Of a stretch of 64,000 nt of DNA, positions 1 through 15,000 are shown piece by piece. Under the pieces are notes generated by a model. It had not been told where the DNA came from, did no database searches, and saw only the letters and a list, made by a program, of their open reading frames with translations. The DNA is taken from NCBI GenBank assembly GCA_964057225.1, contig CAXKVF010000088.1, positions 124,001 through 188,000 of the forward strand, read 5' to 3'. A program made the position numbers and the translations under genes. This DNA is from Auanema rhodensis. Lineage: Eukaryota; Animalia; Nematoda. Every line of letters starts with the position of its first letter. Position 1 is the stretch's first letter.

Positions 1-3000
1 TGGGGAATCTAATTTTGAAAACCGCATCTCTTTATCTTTCACGTGAAGCGAGTTACATACCAAGAGCACATTACGTGTACATTTAATTAGCATAAATTAA
101 AGTTCACGTAAAATTCAAAGTCATGGTTACCATGCACCAATATCAATAAAAATTTGTTTTTAGACTAATATGGACATGGGGAATCTAATTTTGAAAACCG
201 CATCTCTTTATCTTTCACGTGAAGCGAGTTACATACCAAGTGCACATCACGTGTACATTTAATTAGCATAAATTAAAGTTCACGTAAATTTCAAAGTCAT
301 GGTTACCATGCACCAATATCAATAAAAATTTGTTTTTAGACTAATATGGACATGGGGAATCTAATTTTGAAAACCGCATCTCTTTATCTTTCACGTGAAG
401 CGAGTTACATACCAAGTGCACATCACGTGTACATTTAATTAGCATAAATTAAAGTTCACGTAAATTTCAAAGTCATGGTTACCATGAACCAATATCAATA
501 CAAATTTGTTTTTAGACTAATATGGACATGGGGAATCTAATTTTGAAAACCGCATCTCTTTATCTTTCACGTGAAGCGAGTTACATACCAAGTGCACATC
601 ACGTGTACATTTAATTAGCATAAATTAAAGTTCACGTAAATTTCAAAGTCATGGTTACCATGAAGCAATATCAATAAAAATTTGTTTTTAGACTAATATG
701 GACATGGGGAATCTAATTTTGAAAACCGCATCTCTTTATCTTTCACGTGAAGCGAGTTACATACCAAGTGCACATCACGTGTACATTTAATTAGCATAAA
801 TTAAAGTTCACGTAAATTTCAAAGTCATGGTTACCATGAACCAATATCAATAAAAATTTGTTTTTAGACTAATATGGACATGGGGAATCTAATTTTGAAA
901 ACCGCATCTCTTTATCTTTCACGTGAAGCGAGTTACATACCAAGTGCACATCACGTGTACATTTAATTAGCATAAATTAAAGTTCACGTAAAATTCAAAG
1001 TCATGGTTACCATGAACCAATATCAATAAAAATTTGTTTTTAGACTAATATGGACATGGGGAATCTAATTTTGAAAACCGCATCTCTTTATCTTTCACGT
1101 GAAGCGAGTTACATACCAAGTGCACATCACGTGTACATTTAATTAGCATAAATTAAAGTTCACGTAAATTTCAAAGTCATGGTTACCATGCACCAATATC
1201 AATAAAAATTTGTTTTTAGACTAATATGGACATGGGGAATCTAATTTTGAAAACCGCATCTCTTTATCTTTCACGTGAAGCGAGTTACATACCAAGTGCA
1301 CATCACGTGTACATTTAATTAGCATAAATTAAAGTTCACGTAAAATTCAAAGTCATGGTTACCATGCACCAATATCAATAAAAATTTGTTTTTAGACTAA
1401 TATGGACATGGGGAATCTAATTTGGAAAACCGCATCTCTTTATCTTTCACGTGAAGCGAGTTACATACCAAGTGCACATCACGTGTACATTTAATCAGCA
1501 TAAATTAAAGTTCACGTAAATTTCAAAGTCATGGTTACCATGCACCAATATCAATAAAAATTTGTTTTTAGACTAATATGGACATGGGGAATCTAATTTT
1601 GAAAACCGCATCTCTTTATCTTTCACGTGAAGGGAGTTACATACCAAGTGCACATCACGTGTACATTTAATTAGCATAAATTAAAGTTCACGTAAATTTC
1701 AAAGTCATGGTTACCATGAAGCAATATCAATAAAAATTTGTTTTTAGACTAATATGGACATGGGGAATCTAATTTTGAAAACCGCATCTCTTTATCTTTC
1801 ACGTGAAGGGAGTTACATACCAAGTGCACATCACGTGTACATTTAATTAGCATAAATTAAAGTTCACGTAAATTTCAAAGTCATGGTTACCATGAACCAA
1901 TATCAATAAAAATTTGTTTTTAGACTAATATGGACATGGGGAATCTAATTTTGAAAACCGCATCTCTTTATCTTTCACGTGAAGCGAGTTACATACCAAG
2001 TGCACATCACGTGTACATTTAATTAGCATAAATTAAAGTTCACGTAAATTTCAAAGTCATGGTTACCATGCACCAATATCAATAAAAATTTGTTTTTAGA
2101 CTAATATGGACATGGGGAATCTAATTTTGAAAACCGCATCTCTTTATCTTTCACGTGAAGCGAGTTACATACCAAGTGCACATCACGTGTACAATTAATT
2201 AGCATAAATTAAAGTTCACGTAAATTTCAAAGTCATGGTTACCATGAACCAATATCAATAAAAATTTGTTTTTAGACTAATATGGACATGGGGAATCTAA
2301 TTTTGAAAACCGCATCTCTTTATCTTTCACGTGAAGCGAGTTACATACCAAGTGCACATTACGTGTACATTTAATTAGCATAAATTAAAGTTCACGTAAA
2401 TTTCAAAGTCATGGTTACCATGAACCAATATCAATACAAATTTGTTTTTAGACTAATATGGACATGGGGAATCTAATTTTGAAAACCGCATCTCTTTATC
2501 TTTCACGTGAAGCGAGTTACATACCAAGTGCACATTACGTGTACATTTAATTAGCATAAATTAAAGTTCACGTAAAATTCAAAGTCATGGTTACCATGCA
2601 CCAATATCAATAAAAATTTGTTTTTAGACTAATATGGACATGGGGAATCTAATTTTGAAAACCGCATCTCTTTATCTTTCACGTGAAGCGAGTTACATAC
2701 CAAGTGCACATCACGTGTACATTTAATTAGCATAAATTAAAGTTCACGTAAATTTCAAAGTCATGGTTACCATGCACCAATATCAATAAAAATTTGTTTT
2801 TAGACTAATATGGACATGGGGAATCTAATTTTGAAAACCGCATCTCTTTATCTTTCACGTGAAGGGAGTTACATACCAAGTGCACATCACGTGTACATTT
2901 AATTAGCATAAATTAAAGTTCACGTAAATTTCAAAGTCATGGTTACCATGAAGCAATATCAATAAAAATTTGTTTTTAGACTAATATGGACATGGGGAAT

Positions 3001-6000
3001 CTAATTTTGAAAACCGCATCTCTTTATCTTTCACGTGAAGGGAGTTACATACCAAGTGCACATCACGTGTACATTTAATTAGCATAAATTAAAGTTCACG
3101 TAAATTTCAAAGTCATGGTTACCATGAACCAATATCAATAAAAATTTGTTTTTAGACTAATATGGACATGGGGAATCTAATTTTGAAAACCGCATCTCTT
3201 TATCTTTCACGTGAAGCGAGTTACATACCAAGTGCACATCACGTGTACATTTAATTAGCATAAATTAAAGTTCACGTAAATTTCAAAGTCATGGTTACCA
3301 TGCACCAATATCAATAAAAATTTGTTTTTAGACTAATATGGACATGGGGAATCTAATTTTGAAAACCGCATCTCTTTATCTTTCACGTGAAGCGAGTTAC
3401 ATACCAAGTGCACATTACGTGTACATTTAATTAGCATAAATTAAAGTTCACGTAAAATTCAAAGTCATGGTTACCATGCACCAATATCAATAAAAATTTG
3501 TTTTTAGACTAATATGGACATGGGGAATCTAATTTTGAAAACCGCATCTCTTTATCTTTCACGTGAAGCGAGTTACATACCAAGTGCACATCACGTGTAC
3601 ATTTAATTAGCATAAATTAAAGTTCACGTAAATTTCAAAGTCATGGTTACCATGAACCAATATCAATAAAAATTTGTTTTTAGACTAATATGGACATGGG
3701 GAATCTAATTTTGAAAACCGCATCTCTTTATCTTTCACGTGAAGCGAGTTACATACCAAGTGCACATCACGTGTACATTTAATTAGCATAAATTAAAGTT
3801 CACGTAAATTTCAAAGTCATGGTTACCATGAACCAATATCAATACAAATTTGTTTTTAGACTAATATGGACATGGGGAATCTAATTTTGAAAACCGCATC
3901 TCTTTATCTTTCACGTGAAGCGAGTTACATACCAAGAGCACATTACGTGTACATTTAATTAGCATAAATTAAAGTTCACGTAAAATTCAAAGTCATGGTT
4001 ACCATGCACCAATATCAATAAAAATTTGTTTTTAGACTAATATGGACATGGGGAATCTAATTTTGAAAACCGCATCTCTTTATCTTTCACGTGAAGCGAG
4101 TTACATACCAAGTGCACATCACGTGTACATTTAATTAGCATAAATTAAAGTTCACGTAAATTTCAAAGTCATGGTTACCATGCACCAATATCAATAAAAA
4201 TTTGTTTTTAGACTAATATGGACATGGGGAATCTAATTTTGAAAACCGCATCTCTTTATCTTTCACGTGAAGCGAGTTACATACCAAGTGCACATCACGT
4301 GTACATTTAATTAGCATAAATTAAAGTTCACGTAAATTTCAAAGTCATGGTTACCATGAACCAATATCAATACAAATTTGTTTTTAGACTAATATGGACA
4401 TGGGGAATCTAATTTTGAAAACCGCATCTCTTTATCTTTCACGTGAAGCGAGTTACATACCAAGTGCACATCACGTGTACATTTAATTAGCATAAATTAA
4501 AGTTCACGTAAATTTCAAAGTCATGGTTACCATGAAGCAATATCAATAAAAATTTGTTTTTAGACTAATATGGACATGGGGAATCTAATTTTGAAAACCG
4601 CATCTCTTTATCTTTCACGTGAAGCGAGTTACATACCAAGTGCACATCACGTGTACATTTAATTAGCATAAATTAAAGTTCACGTAAATTTCAAAGTCAT
4701 GGTTACCATGAACCAATATCAATAAAAATTTGTTTTTAGACTAATATGGACATGGGGAATCTAATTTTGAAAACCGCATCTCTTTATCTTTCACGTGAAG
4801 CGAGTTACATACCAAGTGCACATCACGTGTACATTTAATTAGCATAAATTAAAGTTCACGTAAAATTCAAAGTCATGGTTACCATGCACCAATATCAATA
4901 AAAATTTGTTTTTAGACTAATATGGACATGGGGAATCTAATTTTGAAAACCGCATCTCTTTATCTTTTACGTGAAGCGAGTTACATACCAAGTGCACATC
5001 ACGTGTACATTTAATTAGCATAAATTAAAGTTCACGTAAATTTCAAAGTCATGGTTACCATGAACCAATATCAATAAAAATTTGTTTTTAGACTAATATG
5101 GACATGGGGAATCTAATTTTGAAAACCGCATCTCTTTATCTTTCACGTGAAGCGAGTTACATACCAAGTGCACATCACGTGTACATTTAATCAGCATAAA
5201 TTAAAGTTCACGTAAATTTCAAAGTCATGGTTACCATGCACCAATATCAATAAAAATTTGTTTTTAGACTAATATGGACATGGGGAATCTAATTTTGAAA
5301 ACCGCATCTCTTTATCTTTCACGTGAAGCGAGTTACATACCAAGTGCACATCACGTGTACATTTAATCAGCATAAATTAAAGTTCACGTAAATTTCAAAG
5401 TCATGGTTACCATGCACCAATATCAATAAAAATTTGTTTTTAGACTAATATGGACATGGGGAATCTAATTTTGAAAACCGCATCTCTTTATCTTTCACGT
5501 GAAGCGAGTTACATACCAAGTGCACATCACGTGTACATTTAATTAGCATAAATTAAAGTTCACGTAAATTTCAAAGTCATGGTTACCATGAACCAATATC
5601 AATAAAAATTTGTTTTTAGACTAATATGGACATGGGGAATCTAATTTTGAAAACCGCATCTCTTCATCTTTCACGTGAAGCGAGTTACATACCAAGTGCA
5701 CATCACGTGTACATTTAATTAGCATAAATTAAAGTTCACGTAAATTTCAAAGTCATGGTTACCATGCACCAATATCAATAAAAATTTGTTTTTAGACTAA
5801 TATGGACATGGGGGATCTAATTTTGAAAACCGCATCTCTTTATCTTTCACGTGAAGCGAGTTACATACCAAGTGCACATCACGTGTACATTTAATTAGCA
5901 TAAATTAAAGTTCACGTAAATTTCAAAGTCATGGTTACCATGAACCAATATCAATAAAAATTTGTTTTTAGACTAATATGGACATGGGGAATCTAATTTT

Positions 6001-9000
6001 GAAAACCGCATCTCTTTATCTTTCACGTGAAGCGAGTTACATACCAAGTGCACATCACGTGTACATTTAATTAGCATAAATTAAAGTTCACGTAAATTTC
6101 AAAGTCATGGTTACCATGCACCAATATCAATAAAAATTTGTTTTTAGACTAATATGGACATGGGGAATCTAATTTTGAAAACCGCATCTCTTTATCTTTT
6201 ACGTGAAGCGAGTTACATACCAAGTGCACATCACGTGTACATTTAATTAGCATAAATTAAAGTTCACGTAAATTTCAAAGTCATGGTTACCATGAACCAA
6301 TATCAATAAAAATTTGTTTTTAGACTAATATGGACATGGGGAATCTAATTTTGAAAACCGCATCTCTTTATCTTTCACGTGAAGCGAGTTACATACCAAG
6401 TGCACATCACGTGTACATTTAATCAGCATAAATTAAAGTTCACGTAAATTTCAAAGTCATGGTTACCATGCACCAATATCAATAAAAATTTGTTTTTAGA
6501 CTAATATGGACATGGGGAATCTAATTTTGAAAACCGCATCTCTTTATCTTTCACGTGAAGCGAGTTACATACCAAGTGCACATCACGTGTACATTTAATC
6601 AGCATAAATTAAAGTTCACGTAAATTTCAAAGTCATGGTTACCATGCACCAATATCAATAAAAATTTGTTTTTAGACTAATATGGACATGGGGAATCTAA
6701 TTTTGAAAACCGCATCTCTTTATCTTTCACGTGAAGCGAGTTACATACCAAGTGCACATCACGTGTACATTTAATTAGCATAAATTAAAGTTCACGTAAA
6801 TTTCAAAGTCATGGTTACCATGAACCAATATCAATAAAAATTTGTTTTTAGACTAATATGGACATGGGGAATCTAATTTGAAAACCGCATCTCTTTATCT
6901 TTCACGTGAAGCGAGTTACATACCAAGTGCACATCACGTGTACATTTAATTAGCATAAATTAAAGTTCACGTAAATTTCAAAGTCATGGTTACCATGCAC
7001 CAATATCAATAAAAATTTGTTTTTAGACTAATATGGACATGGGGGATCTAATTTTGAAAACCGCATCTCTTTATCTTTCACGTGAAGCGAGTTACATACC
7101 AAGTGCACATCACGTGTACATTTAATAGCATAAATTAAAGTTCACGTAAATTTCAAAGTCATGGTTAACCATGAACCAATATCAATAAAAATTTGTTTTT
7201 AGACTAATATGGACATGGGGAATCTAATTTTGAAAACCGCATCTCTTTATCTTTCACGTGAAGCGAGTTACATACCAAGTGCACATCACGTGTACATTTA
7301 ATTAGCATAAATTAAAGTTCACGTAAATTTCAAAGTCATGGTTACCATGCACCAATATCAATAAAAATTTGTTTTTAGACTAATATGGACATGGGGAATC
7401 TAATTTTGAAAACCGCATCTCTTTATCTTTCACGTGAAGCGAGTTACATACCAAGTGCACATCACGTGTACATTTAATTAGCATAAATTAAAGTTCACGT
7501 AAATTTCAAAGTCATGGTTACCATGCACCAATATCAATAAAAATTTGTTTTTAGACTAATATGGACATGGGGAATCTATTTTGAAAACCCGCATCTCTTT
7601 ATCTTTCACGTGAAGCGAGTTACATACCAAGTGCACATCACGTGTACATTTAATTAGCATAAATTAAAGTTCACGTAAATTTCAAAGTCATGGTTACCAT
7701 GCACCAATATCAATAAAAATTTGTTTTTAGACTAATATGGACATGGGGATCTAATTTGAAAACCGCATCTCTTTATCTTTCACGTGAAGCGAGTTACATA
7801 CCAAGTGCACATCACGTGTACATTTAATTAGCATAAATTAAAGTTCACGTAAATTTCAAAGTCATGGTTACCATGAACCAATATCAATAAAAATTTGTTT
7901 TTAGACTAATATGGACATGGGGAATCTAATTTTGAAAACCGCATCTCTTTATCTTTCACGTGAAGCGAGTTACATACCAAGTGCACATCACGTGTACATT
8001 TAATTAGCATAAATTAAAGTTCACGTAAATTTCAAAGTCATGGTTACCATGCACCAATATCAATAAAAATTTGTTTTTAGACTAATATGGACATGGGGAA
8101 TCTAATTTTGAAAACCGCATCTCTTTATCTTTCACGTGAAGCGAGTTACATACCAAGTGCACATCACGTGTACATTTAATTAGCATAAATTAAAGTTCAC
8201 GTAAATTTCAAAGTCATGGTTACCATGCACCAATATCAATAAAAATTTGTTTTTAGACTAATATGGACATGGGGAATCTAATTTTGAAAACCGCATCTCT
8301 TTATCTTTCACGTGAAGCGAGTTACATACCAAGTGCACATCACGTGTACATTTAATTAGCATAAATTAAAGTTCACGTAAATTTCAAAGTCATGGTTACC
8401 ATGCACCAATATCAATAAAAATTTGTTTTTAGACTAATATGGACATGGGGAATCTAATTTTGAAAACCGCATCTCTTTATCTTTCACGTGAAGCGAGTTA
8501 CATACCAAGTGCACATCACGTGTACATTTAATTAGCATAAATTAAAGTTCACGTAAATTTCAAAGTCATGGTTACCATGAACCAATATCAATAAAAATTT
8601 GTTTTTAGACTAATATGGACATGGGGAATCTAATTTTGAAAACCGCATCTCTTTATCTTTCACGTGAAGCGAGTTACATACCAAGTGCACATCACGTGTA
8701 CATTTAATTAGCATAAATTAAAGTTCACGTAAATTTCAAAGTCATGGTTACCATGCACCAATATCAATAAAAATTTGTTTTTAGACTAATATGGACATGG
8801 GGAATCTAATTTTGAAAACCGCATCTCTTTATCTTTCACGTGAAGCGAGTTACATACCAAGTGCACATCACGTGTACATTTAATTAGCATAAATTAAAGT
8901 TCACGTAAATTTCAAAGTCATGGTTACCATGCACCAATATCAATAAAAATTTGTTTTTAGACTAATATGGACATGGGGAATCTAATTTTGAAAACCGCAT

Positions 9001-12000
9001 CTCTTTATCTTTCACGTGAAGCGAGTTACATACCAAGTGCACATCACGTGTACATTTAATTAGCATAAATTAAAGTTCACGTAAATTTCAAAGTCATGGT
9101 TACCATGAACCAATATCAATACAAATTTGTTTTTAGACTAATATGGACATGGGGAATCTAATTTTGAAAACCGCATCTCTTTATCTTTCACGTGAAGCGA
9201 GTTACATACCAAGTGCACATCACGTGTACATTTAATTAGCATAAATTAAAGTTCACGTAAATTTCAAAGTCATGGTTACCATGAACCAATATCAATAAAA
9301 ATTTGTTTTTAGACTAATATGGACATGGGGAATCTAATTTTGAAAACCGCATCTCTTTATCTTTCACGTGAAGCGAGTTACATACCAAGTGCACATCACG
9401 TGTACATTTAATTAGCATAAATTAAAGTTCACGTAAATTTCAAAGTCATGGTTACCATGAACCAATATCAATAAAAATTTGTTTTTAGACTAATATGGAC
9501 ATGGGGAATCTAATTTTGAAAACCGCATCTCTTTATCTTTCACGTGAAGCGAGTTACATACCAAGTGCACATCACGTGTACATTTAATTAGCATAAATTA
9601 AAGTTCACGTAAATTTCAAAGTCATGGTTACCATGCACCAATATCAATAAAAATTTGTTTTTAGACTAATATGGACATGGGGGATCTAATTTTGAAAACC
9701 GCATCTCTTTATCTTTCACGTGAAGCGAGTTACATACCAAGTGCACATCACGTGTACATTTAATTAGCATAAATTAAAGTTCACGTAAATTTCAAAGTCA
9801 TGGTTACCATGAACCAATATCAATAAAAATTTGTTTTTAGACTAATATGGACATGGGGAATCTAATTTTGAAAACCGCATCTCTTTATCTTTCACGTGAA
9901 GCGAGTTACATACCAAGTGCACATCACGTGTACATTTAATTAGCATAAATTAAAGTTCACGTAAATTTCAAAGTCATGGTTACCATGCACCAATATCAAT
10001 AAAAATTTGTTTTTAGACTAATATGGACATGGGGAATCTAATTTTGAAAACCGCATCTCTTTATCTTTCACGTGAAGCGAGTTACATACCAAGTGCACAT
10101 CACGTGTACATTTAATTAGCAATAAATTAAAGTTCACGTAAATTTCAAAGTCATGGTTACCATGCACCAATATCAATAAAAATTTGTTTTTAGACTAATA
10201 TGGACATGGGGAATCTAATTTGAAAACCGCATCTCTTTATCTTTCACGTGAAGCGAGTTACATACCAAGTGCACATCACGTGTACATTTAATTAGCATAA
10301 ATTAAAGTTCACGTAAATTTCAAAGTCATGGTTACCATGCACCAATATCAATAAAAATTTGTTTTTAGACTAATATGGACATGGGGGATCTAATTTTGAA
10401 AACCGCATCTCTTTATCTTTCACGTGAAGCGAGTTACATACCAAGTGCACATCACGTGTACATTTAATTAGCATAAATTAAAGTTCACGTAAATTTCAAA
10501 GTCATGGTTACCATGAACCAATATCAATAAAAATTTGTTTTTAGACTAATATGGACATGGGGAATCTAATTTTGAAAACCGCATCTCTTATCTTTCACGT
10601 GAAGCGAGTTACATACCAAGTGCACATCACGTGTACATTTAATTAGCATAAATTAAAGTTCACGTAAATTTCAAAGTCATGGTTACCATGCACCAATATC
10701 AATAAAAATTTGTTTTTAGACTAATATGGACATGGGGAATCTAATTTTGAAAACCGCATCTCTTTATCTTTCACGTGAAGCGAGTTACATACCAAGTGCA
10801 CATCACGTGTACATTTAATTAGCATAAATTAAAGTTCACGTAAATTTCAAAGTCATGGTTACCATGCACCAATATCAATAAAATTTGTTTTTAGACTAAT
10901 ATGGACATGGGGAATCTAATTTTGAAAACCGCATCTCTTTATCTTTCACGTGAAGCGAGTTACATACCAAGTGCACATCACGTGTACATTTAATTAGCAT
11001 AAATTAAAGTTCACGTAAATTTCAAAGTCATGGTTACCATGCACCAATATCAATAAAAATTTGTTTTTAGACTAATATGGACATGGGGAATCTAATTTTG
11101 AAAACCGCATCTCTTTATCTTTCACGTGAAGCGAGTTACATACCAAGTGCACATCACGTGTACATTTAATTAGCATAAATTAAAGTTCACGTAAATTTCA
11201 AAGTCATGGTTACCATGAACCAATATCAATAAAATTTGTTTTTAGACTAATATGGACATGGGGAATCTAATTTTGAAAACCGCATCTCTTTATCTTTCAC
11301 GTGAAGCGAGTTACATACCAAGTGCACATCACGTGTACATTTAATTAGCATAAATTAAAGTTCACGTAAATTTCAAAGTCATGGTTACCATGCACCAATA
11401 TCAATAAAAATTTGTTTTTAGACTAATATGGACATGGGGAATCTAATTTTGAAAACCGCATCTCTTTATCTTTCACGTGAAGCGAGTTACATACCAAGTG
11501 CACATCACGTGTACATTTAATTAGCATAAATTAAAGTTCACGTAAATTTCAAAGTCATGGTTACCATGCACCAATATCAATAAAAATTTGTTTTTAGACT
11601 AATATGGACATGGGGAATCTAATTTTGAAACCGCATCTCTTTATCTTTCACGTGAAGCGAGTTACATACCAAGTGCACATCACGTGGTACATTTAATTAG
11701 CATAAATTAAAGTTCACGTAAATTTCAAAGTCATGGTTACCATGAACCAATATCAATACAAATTTGTTTTTAGACTAATATGGACATGGGGAATCTAATT
11801 TTGAAAACCGCATCTCTTTATCTTTCACGTGAAGCGAGTTACATACCAAGTGCACATCACGTGTACATTTAATTAGCATAAATTAAAGTTCACGTAAATT
11901 TCAAAGTCATGGTTACCATGCACCAATATCAATAAAAATTTGTTTTTAGACTAATATGGACATGGGGAATCTAATTTTGAAAACCGCATCTCTTTATCTT

Positions 12001-15000
12001 TCACGTGAAGCGAGTTACATACCAAGTGCACATCACGTGTACATTTAATTAGCATAAATTAAAGTTCACGTAAATTTCAAAGTCATGGTTACCATGAACC
12101 AATATCAATAAAAATTTGTTTTTAGACTAATATGGACATGGGGAATCTAATTTTGAAAACCGCATCTCTTTATCTTTCACGTGAAGCGAGTTACATACCA
12201 AGTGCACATCACGTGTACATTTAATTAGCATAAATTAAAGTTCACGTAAAATTCAAAGTCATGGTTACCATGCACCAATATCAATAAAAATTTGTTTTTA
12301 GACTAATATGGACATGGGGAATCTAATTTTGAAAACCGCATCTCTTTATCTTTTACGTGAAGCGAGTTACATACCAAGTGCACATCACGTGTACATTTAA
12401 TTAGCATAAATTAAAGTTCACGTAAATTTCAAAGTCATGGTTACCATGAACCAATATCAATAAAAATTTGTTTTTAGACTAATATGGACATGGGGAATCT
12501 AATTTTGAAAACCGCATCTCTTTATCTTTCACGTGAAGCGAGTTACATACCAAGTGCACATCACGTGTACATTTAATCAGCATAAATTAAAGTTCACGTA
12601 AATTTCAAAGTCATGGTTACCATGCACCAATATCAATAAAAATTTGTTTTTAGACTAATATGGACATGGGGAATCTAATTTTGAAAACCGCATCTCTTTA
12701 TCTTTCACGTGAAGCGAGTTACATACCAAGTGCACATCACGTGTACATTTAATTAGCATAAATTAAAGTTCACGTAAATTTCAAAGTCATGGTTACCATG
12801 AACCAATATCAATAAAAATTTGTTTTTAGACTAATATGGACATGGGGAATCTAATTTTGAAAACCGCATCTCTTTATCTTTCACGTGAAGCGAGTTACAT
12901 ACCAAGTGCACATCACGTGTACATTTAATTAGCATAAATTAAAGTTCACGTAAATTTCAAAGTCATGGTTACCATGCACCAATATCAATAAAAATTTGTT
13001 TTTAGACTAATATGGACATGGGGAATCTAATTTTGAAAACCGCATCTCTTTATCTTTCACGTGAAGCGAGTTACATACCAAGTGCACATCACGTGTACAT
13101 TTAATTAGCATAAATTAAAGTTCACGTAAATTTCAAAGTCATGGTTACCATGAACCAATATCAATAAAAATTTGTTTTTAGACTAATATGGACATGGGGA
13201 ATCTAATTTTGAAAACCGCATCTCTTTATCTTTCACGTGAAGCGAGTTACATACCAAGTGCACATCACGTGTACATTTAATCAGCATAAATTAAAGTTCA
13301 CGTAAATTTCAAAGTCATGGTTACCATGCACCAATATCAATAAAAATTTGTTTTTAGACTAATATGGACATGGGGAATCTAATTTTGAAAACCGCATCTC
13401 TTTATCTTTCACGTGAAGCGAGTTACATACCAAGTGCACATCACGTGTACATTTAATTAGCATAAATTAAAGTTCACGTAAATTTCAAAGTCATGGTTAC
13501 CATGCACCAATATCAATAAAAATTTGTTTTTAGACTAATATGGACATGGGGAATCTAATTTTGAAAACCGCATCTCTTTATCTTTCACGTGAAGCGAGTT
13601 ACATACCAAGTGCACATCACGTGTACATTTAATTAGCATAAATTAAAGTTCACGTAAATTTCAAAGTCATGGTTACCATGCACCAATATCAATAAAAATT
13701 CGTTTTTAGACTAATATGGACATGGGGAATCTAATTTTGAAAACCGCATCTCTTTATCTTTCACGTGAAGCGAGTTACATACCAAGTGCACATCACGTGT
13801 ACATTTAATTAGCATAAATTAAAGTTCACGTAAATTTCAAAGTCATGGTTACCATGAACCAATATCAATAAAAATTTGTTTTTAGACTAATATGGACATG
13901 GGGAATCTAATTTTGAAAACCGCATCTCTTTATCTTTCACGTGAAGCGAGTTACATACCAAGTGCACATCACGTGTACATTTAATTAGCATAAATTAAAG
14001 TTCACGTAAATTTCAAAGTCATGGTTACCATGAAGCAATATCAATAAAAATTTGTTTTTAGACTAATATGGACATGGGGAATCTAATTTTGAAAACCGCA
14101 TCTCTTTATCTTTCACGTGAAGCGAGTTACATACCAAGTGCACATCACGTGTACATTTAATTAGCATAAATTAAAGTTCACGTAAATTTCAAAGTCATGG
14201 TTACCATGAACCAATATCAATAAAAATTTGTTTTTAGACTAATATGGACATGGGGAATCTAATTTTGAAAACCGCATCTCTTTATCTTTCACGTGAAGCG
14301 AGTTACATACCAAGTGCACATCACGTGTACATTTAATTAGCATAAATTAAAGTTCACGTAAATTTCAAAGTCATGGTTACCATGCACCAATATCAATAAA
14401 AATTTGTTTTTAGACTAATATGGACATGGGGAATCTAATTTTGAAAACCGCATCTCTTTATCTTTCACGTGAAGCGAGTTACATACCAAGTGCACATCAC
14501 GTGTACATTTAATTAGCATAAATTAAAGTTCACGTAAACTTCAAAGTCATGGTTACCATGCACCAATATCAATAAAAATTCGTTTTTAGACTAATATGGA
14601 CATGGGGAATCTAATTTTGAAAACCGCATCTCTTTATCTTTCACGTGAAGCGAGTTACATACCAAGTGCACATCACGTGTACATTTAATTAGCATAAATT
14701 AAAGTTCACGTAAATTTCAAAGTCATGGTTACCATGAACCAATATCAATAAAAATTTGTTTTTAGACTAATATGGACATGGGGAATCTAATTTTGAAAAC
14801 CGCATCTCTTTATCTTTCACGTGAAGCGAGTTACATACCAAGTGCACATCACGTGTACATTTAATTAGCATAAATTAAAGTTCACGTAAATTTCAAAGTC
14901 ATGGTTACCATGAAGCAATATCAATAAAAATTTGTTTTTAGACTAATATGGACATGGGGAATCTAATTTTGAAAACCGCATCTCTTTATCTTTCACGTGA

